Shown: positions 40,438 through 49,787 of the stretch, piece by piece
Layout: each line of letters starts with the position of its first letter
Position numbering within the stretch: the stretch's first letter is position 1
Source of the DNA: Ignavibacteriota bacterium
GTDB lineage: Bacteria > Bacteroidota > Ignavibacteria > UBA10030 > UBA6906
Assembly: GCA_963801355.1 (NCBI GenBank)
Contig: CAWDEM010000008.1
Coordinates: 480,001-544,000 of the forward strand
Reading direction: 5' to 3'
Length of the DNA: 64,000 nt
Program-made: the position numbers and the translations under genes
Notes under the pieces: generated by a model
The model's database searches: none
Told to the model about the DNA's origin: nothing
The model's input: the letters and a program-made list of their open reading frames with translations, nothing else

Positions 40438-42075
40438 ATGAAGGCTTATAGAGTCATTGCAATGCTGTTATTTGTGTCTCCAGCCGTTTTGGCGGCGAGC
40501 ATCACGCTCAGCGGCTCCGTGAAGGACAAGGCAACGCTCTTCCCCGTCGATTCGGCGCTTGTGGAGATCGTGAATGCCGGCAACCCGGCGGAGAGATTTT
40601 CCGCTATCACCAACGCTACGGGAGCCTGGTCGTACAGTTTCGACCTCGCGGGCGTGGCTGATGACCCGTCCATACCTGCGTCATTCGACGTGGAGCAGAA
40701 CTACCCCAACCCTTTCAATCCATCCACGAAAATCAACTTTGCTACAGGAAGCGCGGGTGACGTGGTCTTCACGGTATACACGTCCCTGGGTCAGCGGCTG
40801 GACAACAAGACCTTTTCGGTGCCTGCCGGTAATCACACGGTCGATTGGTCGAGCAAAGGGGCGGCCGGGGTGTTGTTCTACAGCGTTGAGTTCGGCGGGT
40901 CTCGCATTACGCGGAAGATGGTCCAGCTGGACGGGCATGGCAGCGGTGGGATCGGCCGGCTGGTTACATTCGGGGGACGATCAACCGTCCCATCCCTGCA
41001 GAAGACGGCGTCTGCCACCTACTCGGTTATTGCGTCGCAATTGCTGTACATGCCCGACACTATTACCACGCTGTTGTCCGGGAGCACCGTTATTGACTTC
41101 GCGCTGGAATCGGTCCATAGCAGGGCCTTCGTGATTGATCTTCATAACGATGTGCTCGAGATCGCCATTGAGGGTGGATACGATCTCGGCGTCCGCCACA
41201 CGTACAACCACTCCGACCTCCCGCGTTTCCGCGAGGGTGGATTTGACGCCCAGATGTTCGCTATCTGGACAGACTGGCGGGACTCCACGGCACATCCGTA
41301 CTATGCCTACACACTTGCGATGGTGGACACGTTCAACAGCAACGTGCTCCGCAACTCATCGACGTTCTCTCAGGCCAGGTCGTTTGATGAACTCATGCAG
41401 GTGAATGCGTCCGGCAAGTTTGCAGGGGTTCTCGCGGTGGAAGGCGGGCATGCAATTGAAAACAGCATCGACAAACTGAAGGATTTCTATGCGTTTGGCG
41501 CCCGTTATTTCACGATCACGTGGAACAACAGCCTCCCGTGGGCTGTCTCCGCGGCCGATTCCCGGTCCACGACTGTCGGACTGTCGGATTTCGGCCGGCA
41601 GGTGATCCGCACGATGGACTCTCTGGGGATGATCATCGATGTTGCGCACACGGGGATTAAGACAATCTGGGATATTCTGGCTACCACAGCAAACCCCATC
41701 ATAGACAGTCATGCCGGCGTTCGGGCGCTAAACAACACGAGCCGCAACCTGACAGACGCACAGATTGACAGCATAGCGAAGCGCGGAGGGGTCATCGGCG
41801 TGGTCTTCTACCCTTCCTTTCTCTCTCCGAGAGGGGTTGCCACGATCGAGGATGTCATCAAGCACATCGATTACATCAAAGACAGGGTGGGGATTGACTA
41901 TGTTGCGATCGGGTCTGACTACGACGGCATCGGCTCAACCCCGGCAGGATTGGAGGATGTGTCGAAGCTGCCGAACCTCACATCGGCCCTGCTCCGGCAC
42001 GGGTACAGTCGTGAAGATGTGATCAAGATATTGGGTGGAAACTACCTGCGAGTGTTCAAGCAGGTCTGCAGGTAA
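40438..42075 (+). CDS. Secreted membrane dipeptidase (M19) with N-terminal Ig-like and T9SS-CTD-like domains
   Basis: Signal peptide; internal 'QNYPNPFNPST'; C-terminal M19 motifs 'DLHND', 'VEGGH', 'TWN', 'DVAH', 'DSH', 'IGSDYDG', 'LGGNYLRV'. Confidence 0.88.
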   Translation: MKAYRVIAMLLFVSPAVLAASITLSGSVKDKATLFPVDSALVEIVNAGNPAERFSAITNATGAWSYSFDLAGVADDPSIPASFDVEQNYPNPFNPSTKINFATGSAGDVVFTVYTSLGQRLDNKTFSVPAGNHTVDWSSKGAAGVLFYSVEFGGSRITRKMVQLDGHGSGGIGRLVTFGGRSTVPSLQKTASATYSVIASQLLYMPDTITTLLSGSTVIDFALESVHSRAFVIDLHNDVLEIAIEGGYDLGVRHTYNHSDLPRFREGGFDAQMFAIWTDWRDSTAHPYYAYTLAMVDTFNSNVLRNSSTFSQARSFDELMQVNASGKFAGVLAVEGGHAIENSIDKLKDFYAFGARYFTITWNNSLPWAVSAADSRSTTVGLSDFGRQVIRTMDSLGMIIDVAHTGIKTIWDILATTANPIIDSHAGVRALNNTSRNLTDAQIDSIAKRGGVIGVVFYPSFLSPRGVATIEDVIKHIDYIKDRVGIDYVAIGSDYDGIGSTPAGLEDVSKLPNLTSALLRHGYSREDVIKILGGNYLRVFKQVCR

Positions 42076-42185
42076 GACCCAGCGCGCCTTGCGGCCTGGA
42101 ACTGGTCCGCCTCAATAATGCCAGAAGTTACCTCATTATTGTGAATGCAAGGCTTGTTCGGTCAAGCTATTAACACGTTTGCTTA

Positions 42186-44600
42186 CTACTTAACCTCCCA
42201 CTCGTACAGACCTGCAGAAGCCCCTTCATCCAACGTGATCTCCAGCCGGAGTGCATCGGTAGTAACAGGATCGAATGTCATCCGGTTCATGCAATCCCGC
42301 GCTGTACTTGCCTCCGACGGGTGAGCGACCGGTTTCCACTCCTGCCCTTCACGGTACAACACCCGCCAGCTCTTTGGCAAACGGATTCGCCCGTCCGCAA
42401 GTTCGGTAAACCAGTAGACTGACGTTTCCGAGACCCGGGAGGGGGACGGAAATGCATATTGTATCCACTCCACACTCCCCTGCTTCGGCCACAGGGGGAA
42501 TCGCGGCACAGCACCGTCGTTGGAGTGCTTCGGGAGCAGTTGGTCCGAAAGCGCATGAGCATTGCCGCCAGTGGAGGTCGTGAGGACACTGGTGGACGCC
42601 AGCGTCGGTGCAGGCTTTGGTTTCGCGGCTGATAACTCACGTGCCGGCCAGACTGTCATCTGATGCTGCCCGCGATGGGCCCAGGCATAGTACGGGATCG
42701 CCGTGAAGAGTCGCTCCCCTTCGATTGTCGGTTCTCCTTTTGCATTCCGGCGTGTGCCAAAGCCCGTGCCCGTGATTACCTGGACACCGCCAAGCATGTC
42801 CGGACGGAATTCTGTTTGCAGCTGAGTCGTGTCGGGCATGACCAGGTCCACGACGTCTCCGGAAGGTTGATCCACCCCCTCCAGGCAGAAGACAATCGGT
42901 CCCCGTTCAAGAGCAACCTTCCCCCGATCATCTTCGACCTTCGGGTTGGCCAACACCCTTCTCACAGGCATTGAAAACTCAGCCACGACAATGTCTCCAT
43001 CATTCCAGGATCGAGAGAGCTGTGCATAACCCTTTGTCAACACGTACTTTTGCTCTTTGCCATTAATGAAAATCCTAGTGTTTGTAGAACCTGAGGTCAT
43101 ATAGCTGTAAAGATCACCGGACAACGGCTTGTCCTGCGCCCAACCCGGAATCCGTATGTTGCAAGTAAACGGGGTTGTTTTCTGAAGTCCCAGCGTGAGG
43201 ACGACTTTTCCATCCCACGGGTAGTTGGTCGACTGGGTCATGTGAACCGTTTCTTTTCCAAGATTCAGCCGCGTGCTCCCGCCTATGAAGAGGTTCACAA
43301 AGATCTCTTTTCCCCGGTGGGCATAAATATACCCCGGTATGGAAGGGACGAAACGCACATCATTTGACGGGCAGCAGGCGCAGGTGAACCAGGGAGATCT
43401 TTCGGCGCCTTTCATCGACTCCAGCGGGTTGGGATAGAAGAACCGGTCTCCGGTCATGGAAACACCCGAGAGGAACCCGTTGTAGATCACCCGTTCCACG
43501 ACATCCATATATTTCGCATCACCGTACTCAAGAAACATCCTGTGATTCCAGTAGACCAGGGCAATCCCGGCACAGGTTTCGCAATACGCGCTCAGGTTGG
43601 GAAGCTCGTACGGAGCACCGTAGCCCTCGATGTTGCCCACGGCGCCGACGCCGCCCGTGATGTAGACCTTTTTCGTGACCACGTCTTCCCAGATACGGTC
43701 CAGGACACGGAGGTAGCGATCATTTCCGGTCAGTGCGGCGACATCGACCATTCCCGCGTAGAGATATCCGGCGCGCACCGCATGCCCCACAGCTTCGGTC
43801 TCCTCAAGGATGGGGGTATAGTCCTGATTGTACGTCTCGCCGCGAGGTGTCCCCCTTCCCCGCTCGTTGATGAAGAAATCAGCCAGATCCAGGTACTGGC
43901 GCTTTCCGGTTACGAGAAACAATTTCGCCAGCCCGATCTCCGTCACCTGATGCCCCGGCACCGTATGCATTTTGCCCGGGCCAAACGTCGCAACGAGCAG
44001 ATCTGCGCTCTTGAGCGCGATGTTCAGGAGGCTTTTCTTCTTCGTTGCATAGAAGTGTGCCACCGCGGCCTCATAGAGGTGACCGAGGTTGTACAGCTCA
44101 TGACTGCTTTTCGTACGGTCGTTCACCCAGCGTTCTTTCGCCCAGGATTTCTCGGCGTCGATTGTTCGCATGGTGTAGAGATATCCATCCTTCTCCTGCG
44201 CCCTGCCGATCTTCGTGATCAGCGCATCCACCGTTTTGTCGAGGACGGGATCGTACCGGGTGTGCAGCGAATATGCGGCTCCCTCAATCACTTTAAACAC
44301 ATCGGAATCGTCAAAGCCATACCGGCTGCAGAACTTCCCCTTTGCGGGGAGCCCGGCGAGAATGCTGTCGGCGATCTCGAAATTCCGAATGCGGCCGGTT
44401 TCGTCACACTTCTGCAGCGCATGAGGTATGGAGACCGTCCGGTTGACCTCCAGACGGTGCGACCAGAAGTTGTCGCTTACCCTGACATCGGTAAAAAGCA
44501 CCGGCGTGATCGGATAGCCCTGGTTCTGCCCGATCATCAGGCACACGTGTACGAGGGAGAGCGGGAGGAGGAGAGCGGTGCGACGAAGGGTCTTTTTCAT
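42186..44600 (-). CDS. Beta-L-arabinofuranosidase-like glycoside hydrolase, GH127, with C-terminal F5/8-like module
   Basis: 'FDDSDVFKVIEG', 'HELYNLGH', 'GHAVRA', 'YCETCA', 'CACCPSN' Zn/Cys cluster, 'RGPIVFCLE', 'IPYYAW'. Confidence 0.92.
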   Translation of the reverse strand: MKKTLRRTALLLPLSLVHVCLMIGQNQGYPITPVLFTDVRVSDNFWSHRLEVNRTVSIPHALQKCDETGRIRNFEIADSILAGLPAKGKFCSRYGFDDSDVFKVIEGAAYSLHTRYDPVLDKTVDALITKIGRAQEKDGYLYTMRTIDAEKSWAKERWVNDRTKSSHELYNLGHLYEAAVAHFYATKKKSLLNIALKSADLLVATFGPGKMHTVPGHQVTEIGLAKLFLVTGKRQYLDLADFFINERGRGTPRGETYNQDYTPILEETEAVGHAVRAGYLYAGMVDVAALTGNDRYLRVLDRIWEDVVTKKVYITGGVGAVGNIEGYGAPYELPNLSAYCETCAGIALVYWNHRMFLEYGDAKYMDVVERVIYNGFLSGVSMTGDRFFYPNPLESMKGAERSPWFTCACCPSNDVRFVPSIPGYIYAHRGKEIFVNLFIGGSTRLNLGKETVHMTQSTNYPWDGKVVLTLGLQKTTPFTCNIRIPGWAQDKPLSGDLYSYMTSGSTNTRIFINGKEQKYVLTKGYAQLSRSWNDGDIVVAEFSMPVRRVLANPKVEDDRGKVALERGPIVFCLEGVDQPSGDVVDLVMPDTTQLQTEFRPDMLGGVQVITGTGFGTRRNAKGEPTIEGERLFTAIPYYAWAHRGQHQMTVWPARELSAAKPKPAPTLASTSVLTTSTGGNAHALSDQLLPKHSNDGAVPRFPLWPKQGSVEWIQYAFPSPSRVSETSVYWFTELADGRIRLPKSWRVLYREGQEWKPVAHPSEASTARDCMNRMTFDPVTTDALRLEITLDEGASAGLYEWEVK

Positions 44601-44631
44601 GTGTGTATGCGCACTGGATGTTGAGTGGTGA

Positions 44632-47322
44632 CTACTTTGCATGCAGCATCTTGATGGTTCTGACAGTGCCGCCGGTCTGCAGGCGGCAGAAATACACCCC
44701 GCTGGAGAACTCCTCTGCGTTGAATTCCCGCGTGTACGTGCCGGCCTGCAATTCTTCGTTCACGAGCAAGGCCACTTCGCGGCCGAGCATGTCGTACACC
44801 GTAACAGTTGTGGATTGTGGATCCACAATTGAGAATTGTATGGTTGTGCTCGGATTGAACGGGTTGGGGTAATTCTGATTCAGGTTGTAGCCGGCTGGAG
44901 AGCCATCCGGGGTGCCAGCCACGGAATTCGGTCCGGCACTCACCCACTGAAACTGGATTGCATCGGCACGGAGCACTTTTCCTGATACCACAGGCGACAT
45001 AGCGTCTGTGATGCGGACAGCAATCGCGGAATCCGCCGGCAAGTTGCGTGACAAGAGCGTGACCCAGTTCCCGCTGCCTTCATTCTGATCCTTAAACACC
45101 GAGTCCACGAGTACGGCTCCCAGGAACAATGCATAACGCGCGCGAACGGACGCGTTCACGGTCGTCGGTACAATTTCGCTGATCTCGTAGACGCCGGCCC
45201 TCTTCAAGCGTGTGACAAAGGTCGCAGAGACTCCGGCCGCCGGGTACGCATAGCGGCTGGTGGAGTTGAAACCGCCAGCAGTGCTGAAAGACCAGGTGCC
45301 GGCTTCGGTATAATTCGTTGGGTCGCGGTCATCGACGACGGCAAAGTACTCACGAACCGTACCATGCACAGCGATCGTGACCGTGGTGTGGTGCGGATCG
45401 TCAGTGATGACCACGAGCGTATCCACAAAAGAGGCCGCAGGCGGAGGTGTGAACAACAATGAAATTCCGGTTTCACCCATAGCGGGAACAGTCACCGGAA
45501 AGAGAGTCGTGACTTCGGCGGTTCCTGACATGAGATGGGCTGAGAGCAGCCGTGCCGGAAGAATTCCCGAATTCCTGATGCTGACGGCACGGGTGTTCGT
45601 CTCGCCGATGACGATGGATCCCGCGTCGTAGGCTTCCGGCGCCTCGATCCATTTGTCGCGTACCAGGGCGGACACCTTGAGTGCATCGGCGGCCAGGTGC
45701 ACGGTCGTCCCGGGCGTTCCGTATGCGGTGAGTTCCACAGAGGCGCTTCCCGCGGCGTCACACATCACCGTGCCAATGTAGTTCCACGCTTCAGTGGCAA
45801 GCGGCGCAGTAAATGCGGTACTTTTTACATCCTGGCCGGCAAGCGTACAGGTGATGCGGCCCCGGGTCACCGGATCGGGCATGGCCGGCACGCGGAGGTA
45901 GAGATTGTACGGGCCGGCGGCCGGTGCGGCGAAATCCCACCGGACTTTCGCAGAGTCAGCGGCGACAACAGCCGCAGTTCTGATCGAAGCACCAAAACCG
46001 GTGCCTTTTGTGGTTTGCCATGTTCCGGCGGTCTCCCGGTACCCCGTGTCGCCCTCATCGACAAAAATATCATCCGGCAGATAGCGTTGGATAACGATGC
46101 TGTGGTTTCCCACGATATCCGTACCCGCGACACCCATTTTGGCAATATCGGACCGGGGAACACCGACCGTCGATGTCCACTGGAGGAGCCCGGTGTTTTG
46201 CATGGGCACGATCGTGTACCGTTCGTAGCGGTCCTTGACGGCCAGGAATGGTTCAAGCTGGAACAGGGTTTGATCGGACTGCACGGTCCACAACAAATCA
46301 GGGCCGGATGTGATCTCCTGTATCGTGAGATGCGGGGCTGTCGTATCGGTGGTCTTCCTCCACGATTGCATTGCTTCGACCGCGGTACAGTAGCGGTAAG
46401 GTATCGCCGGGTATCGTGACGCGGCGGCGTGGATTGCCCTGTTGACTTTCTGCAGGTTTGCGGGGAAGTCCGTTTCGGGCAGGTGTGCCCAGAGACAGAC
46501 CACCTGATCGATTCCCTTCGCCGCTTCCCCGAAGATTTTCGACACAAACGCAGAATCGGCAGCCGTGATATAGACAGAACGGACATTCCATCCCCGTCCG
46601 TTGCCGGGTACCTGGTAGTCGGTTGTCGACGGGCGGAACGGTACAAAGGTCGAAGGGGCACGCGACCAGTCATACACATTGTCAATGGGTTCAACGGGAT
46701 CGTTGTGCACGGCGGGCCAATCGTTGTGCATGCTGTACGGGAGGAGGCGGTCGAGACGTTGCTGCCACTCGTTGTTCATTGCATGCCAGCCGCTGCGGTA
46801 CGAGACCGGAAAGACCTCCTCCTCAAGGAGCAACTCGGCGAGGGTCTGATCGAAATCGGGAACAAACTCGTTGTACGTCTTCGCCTGATTCCAGTACCAT
46901 GTGCCGTCCCTGTCATAGTCGGTCCAGACCCAGTTGTGAAAGTGGAACGTGAGTTCATCACCCCACTGCCGCAGCCTGTCCCCGTGATAACGTTTCATGA
47001 GGTATATCGGCATCGTGCTTGGAACAGGAACATCCGTATTGACCGAAAGCCGGAACATATTTCCTGCCATCATCCACCACGTGAGTTTCATCGGCGTGCC
47101 GTACATATCGGTGAGGGCAGACCGGAAGCCGGGATCCATGACCGTGGCTGCATTCATGGTTGGATCGGTATACAGAGCGCCGGATATCGTGCAGTGATAA
47201 TCCGCAACGTCGAGACCCGTCCAGATACCCGTATCAGAACCGATAACAAACGAGACTTTGCTCTGGGCAAATGCAGCCAGCGAAACACACGTGATCAATA
47301 CTGCGACGAAAGCGATCTTCAT
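44632..47322 (-). CDS. T9SS-secreted multidomain protein (deacetylase-like N-domain, two golvesin/CBM-like domains, ASH-like Ig domain, CTD)
   Basis: Signal peptide; 'DELTFHFH' and 'SYRSGW'; two 'DD.D..Y.E..GTW' modules; C-terminal 'LNQNYPNPFNPSTTI...SSGVYFCRL...KM'. Confidence 0.75.
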   Translation of the reverse strand: MKIAFVAVLITCVSLAAFAQSKVSFVIGSDTGIWTGLDVADYHCTISGALYTDPTMNAATVMDPGFRSALTDMYGTPMKLTWWMMAGNMFRLSVNTDVPVPSTMPIYLMKRYHGDRLRQWGDELTFHFHNWVWTDYDRDGTWYWNQAKTYNEFVPDFDQTLAELLLEEEVFPVSYRSGWHAMNNEWQQRLDRLLPYSMHNDWPAVHNDPVEPIDNVYDWSRAPSTFVPFRPSTTDYQVPGNGRGWNVRSVYITAADSAFVSKIFGEAAKGIDQVVCLWAHLPETDFPANLQKVNRAIHAAASRYPAIPYRYCTAVEAMQSWRKTTDTTAPHLTIQEITSGPDLLWTVQSDQTLFQLEPFLAVKDRYERYTIVPMQNTGLLQWTSTVGVPRSDIAKMGVAGTDIVGNHSIVIQRYLPDDIFVDEGDTGYRETAGTWQTTKGTGFGASIRTAAVVAADSAKVRWDFAAPAAGPYNLYLRVPAMPDPVTRGRITCTLAGQDVKSTAFTAPLATEAWNYIGTVMCDAAGSASVELTAYGTPGTTVHLAADALKVSALVRDKWIEAPEAYDAGSIVIGETNTRAVSIRNSGILPARLLSAHLMSGTAEVTTLFPVTVPAMGETGISLLFTPPPAASFVDTLVVITDDPHHTTVTIAVHGTVREYFAVVDDRDPTNYTEAGTWSFSTAGGFNSTSRYAYPAAGVSATFVTRLKRAGVYEISEIVPTTVNASVRARYALFLGAVLVDSVFKDQNEGSGNWVTLLSRNLPADSAIAVRITDAMSPVVSGKVLRADAIQFQWVSAGPNSVAGTPDGSPAGYNLNQNYPNPFNPSTTIQFSIVDPQSTTVTVYDMLGREVALLVNEELQAGTYTREFNAEEFSSGVYFCRLQTGGTVRTIKMLHAK

Positions 47323-47337
47323 AAGGAAGAATCCTTG

Positions 47338-47402
47338 GATGTGAAGCACTCCTGATGTAAAGCACTCCGGATGGTGAAACACTTCTGATGTGAAGCACTT
47401 CT
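47338..47402. repeat. 16-bp tandem repeat x4 (GATGTGAAGCACTyCT)
   Basis: Units at 47338, 47354, 47370 (17 bp) and 47387, directly upstream of the 47322 start codon. Confidence 0.85.
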
Positions 47403-47444
47403 AGAAGGTAAGCGAAGTTCGGGAAAGAATCACGTAGGCAGGGT

Positions 47445-47470
47445 CACTCCGTCCGGGCACTCCGTCCGGG
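47445..47470. repeat. 13-bp direct duplication CACTCCGTCCGGG x2
   Basis: Perfect copies at 47445 and 47458, 3 nt past the activator gene's stop codon. Confidence 0.8.
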
Positions 47471-47473
47471 CAG

Positions 47474-49279
47474 TCAGGTGCGGGGCGTGTGTGCCTCAAA
47501 GCCACCTCTGGTACGGGCGATGCCGAGCTTCTTCATTCGGCTTCGTAATGTGGCGGGCTTCAATCCCAGTTTCACCGCTGCCCCGTTGGCTCCCTCGATA
47601 ACCCCGCCGCATTCTTCAAGGACCTGCATGATATGTGTGCGGGCGACGTCGTCAAAGTTGCTTGCCACCTTCGATGGCTCGTGCGCAATCTCCACGAGTG
47701 CCAGGTCGCTCTCCTCCAGTCTGTTCCCATCGCACACGATCATGGCTCGTTCAATGGCGTTCGCGAGTTCGCGGACATTGCCGGGCCAGGAGTAGCGCAA
47801 GAGTTTCTGCCGCGCCTCGGGGCTGATGGACAGGACGCGCTTGTTCGTTCGCCGGCTGTAGAGTTTGAGGAAGTGATCGGCGAGCGGAATGATGTCTTCC
47901 CGGCGGTCACGAAGGGGAGCGACCGCGAGCGGGAAAACGTTCAGACGGAAGAGCAGGTCCTCCCTGAAGCGGCCATCGCGGACTTCTTCCGCAAGGTCCC
48001 TGTTCGTGGCCGCTATCACACGCACATTCACTTTCACGGTCTGCGTCCCGCCCACTCTCTCAAACTGCTGCTCCTGGAGGACCCTGAGCAAGCGTGACTG
48101 TGCGGTGAGCGGCAGCTCGCCGACTTCGTCCAGAAAGACCGTGCCGCCGTCGGCAAGTTCGAAGCGTCCGATGTGCCGCTGGATCGCTCCGGTGAAGGCC
48201 CCCTTCTCGTGTCCGAAGAGCTCGCTCTCTACAAGTCCTTCCGGGAGCGAGGCACAGTTCACCGTCACGAGCAATTTGTCCTGTCGTTGACTTGCGCGGT
48301 GAATTGCCCGGGCCACGACCTCCTTACCGGTTCCGGTTTCGCCGCTGATGAGCACCGTTGTGTCTGTGGGAGCTACTTTGAGCAAGTTGCTCATCAGCTG
48401 TTCCATCGAGTGCGCAGCCCAGACGGTTCCTCCGGAGTCTCCCTGATCGGTGAGGACATTCTGGAGAGAGCGCCTCTCGATTTCCAGTTTTGAAATGTAG
48501 TCCTGGGCCTGGTGCCGTTCGCGGAGATCCCTCCCGACATAGACCACGCCACCCGGATTCTCTCCGGAGCCCTCGAGGAGTGCACCCGTGAAACTCATGG
48601 GAATTGCGCTCCCGCTCCGTGTTATACAGTGCAGCTCGATGTGGGTGGGGTGCGAGGTGTTGGTGAGGGCAGGATCAAGCGGAAGGTCGGGGATCAGCAA
48701 CGTGATGGGCTTTCCGAGCAAATCGGGAGTGGCGTATTCCGAAAGGCTCAGGGCAGTCCGGTTCACCGACGTGATGATGCCATCAGGCGACGTCACCACG
48801 AGGAGGTCGGCCATTGCATCCAGGATGTTTTCGATATACTTCTTGGAGGCCGTCAGAGAGTGAAGGAGGAGCGATGCATCGTTGGCGGTTTGAGTCCTGG
48901 CCTGTATCTGTTCCATCCACATCGTCACCTCTTCCAGAGTGATGACGAGCGAGGGTGTCGTATCGCCTGACCTCGTGAACGATTCCGCGGAGATATCCAG
49001 ATAGACGGGTTCCCCGACGGCACGTGAGCGGCATACTGCTGTAAGCGACCAGGAGAGTTTTTTTCCGCGGAGGAGATCGAGGAGGTCCTTTTCGGCGCCC
49101 ACAAACTCGGGAAAACCCAGGCGGACGTCTTTTCCGGGTACAACCGAGGCGGGATCTTCAGCGAACAACGGAGCACCTTCGGAAAGGGACACAATACGGA
49201 GATCCCTGTCTACGAGGAGGTGTTCGACTCCCACGCGCCGCGGGAGGGGGTCACCTTGCGGTTCCATCGGCGAGCTCAT
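47474..49279 (-). CDS. Sigma-54-dependent enhancer-binding protein with PAS-like and PAS domains and Fis-type HTH
   Basis: 'GETGTGKE', 'ESELFGHEKGAFTGA', 'FLDEVGE', 'RVIAATNR', 'WPGNVREL'; HTH 'GAAVKLGLKPATLRSRMKKLGI'; no receiver domain. Confidence 0.95.
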   Translation of the reverse strand: MSSPMEPQGDPLPRRVGVEHLLVDRDLRIVSLSEGAPLFAEDPASVVPGKDVRLGFPEFVGAEKDLLDLLRGKKLSWSLTAVCRSRAVGEPVYLDISAESFTRSGDTTPSLVITLEEVTMWMEQIQARTQTANDASLLLHSLTASKKYIENILDAMADLLVVTSPDGIITSVNRTALSLSEYATPDLLGKPITLLIPDLPLDPALTNTSHPTHIELHCITRSGSAIPMSFTGALLEGSGENPGGVVYVGRDLRERHQAQDYISKLEIERRSLQNVLTDQGDSGGTVWAAHSMEQLMSNLLKVAPTDTTVLISGETGTGKEVVARAIHRASQRQDKLLVTVNCASLPEGLVESELFGHEKGAFTGAIQRHIGRFELADGGTVFLDEVGELPLTAQSRLLRVLQEQQFERVGGTQTVKVNVRVIAATNRDLAEEVRDGRFREDLLFRLNVFPLAVAPLRDRREDIIPLADHFLKLYSRRTNKRVLSISPEARQKLLRYSWPGNVRELANAIERAMIVCDGNRLEESDLALVEIAHEPSKVASNFDDVARTHIMQVLEECGGVIEGANGAAVKLGLKPATLRSRMKKLGIARTRGGFEAHTPRT

Positions 49280-49787
49280 GGATGAGATGCATTCCGATTT
49301 CCTCGAAGAGACGGTCTACGCCCTCACCTGACTGCGCGGAGGTGCACATGGTCTGCAGCACCGCTTTGCGCGAATCCCAGGAGTTGGATGAGAGATCCAG
49401 CGGGTCCGTCACAGCATCGGACTTGTTCAGGGCGACGACGGCCGATGCCCGGGGGTTCACTTTGAGGAAGTGGTCGAGATGGCCTTCGATACGGTCGATG
49501 GTATCGGGGCGAGTCAGGTCACCGACGATGACCGCGGCGTGGGCACCCTGCAGATAGCTTTCCGACACATCATGGAACGTCGATCCGCCCTCGAGGTCCC
49601 ACAGCACCACCTGAATTTCTTCCGGCGATCCATCGTGAACATCGGCAAGCTTCACCAGCTTTCGGCTGATTTTCACGCCGACTGTCGAGAGGTACGCGTC
49701 GCTGAACTCGCGATCGACGTATCTGCGGACAAGACTCGTCTTGCCGACAGAGATATCTCCAAGAACGCAGATCTTCGCAAGGATCAT
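49251..49787 (-). CDS. Stand-alone Rab/Ras-like small GTPase (178 aa)
   Basis: G1 'KICVLGDISVGKTSL', G2 'YLSTVG', G3 'LWDLEG', G4 'NKSD', G5 'TSAQSGEGV'; start ATG overlaps the upstream TGA (ATGA). Confidence 0.93.
   Translation of the reverse strand: MILAKICVLGDISVGKTSLVRRYVDREFSDAYLSTVGVKISRKLVKLADVHDGSPEEIQVVLWDLEGGSTFHDVSESYLQGAHAAVIVGDLTRPDTIDRIEGHLDHFLKVNPRASAVVALNKSDAVTDPLDLSSNSWDSRKAVLQTMCTSAQSGEGVDRLFEEIGMHLIHELADGTAR

Noticed and set aside
44814-44829. TGTGGAT/ATCCACA sequences as DnaA boxes or an origin
   Set aside because: They lie inside coding sequence, mismatch TTATCCACA, and have no DUE or origin-linked genes nearby.
49251-49787. GTPase as MglA or a Roco (Roc-COR) protein
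   Set aside because: It lacks the MglA 'GPGLSGKTT' and 'TVPGQ' signatures and a separate mglB gene, and has no LRR or COR domain.
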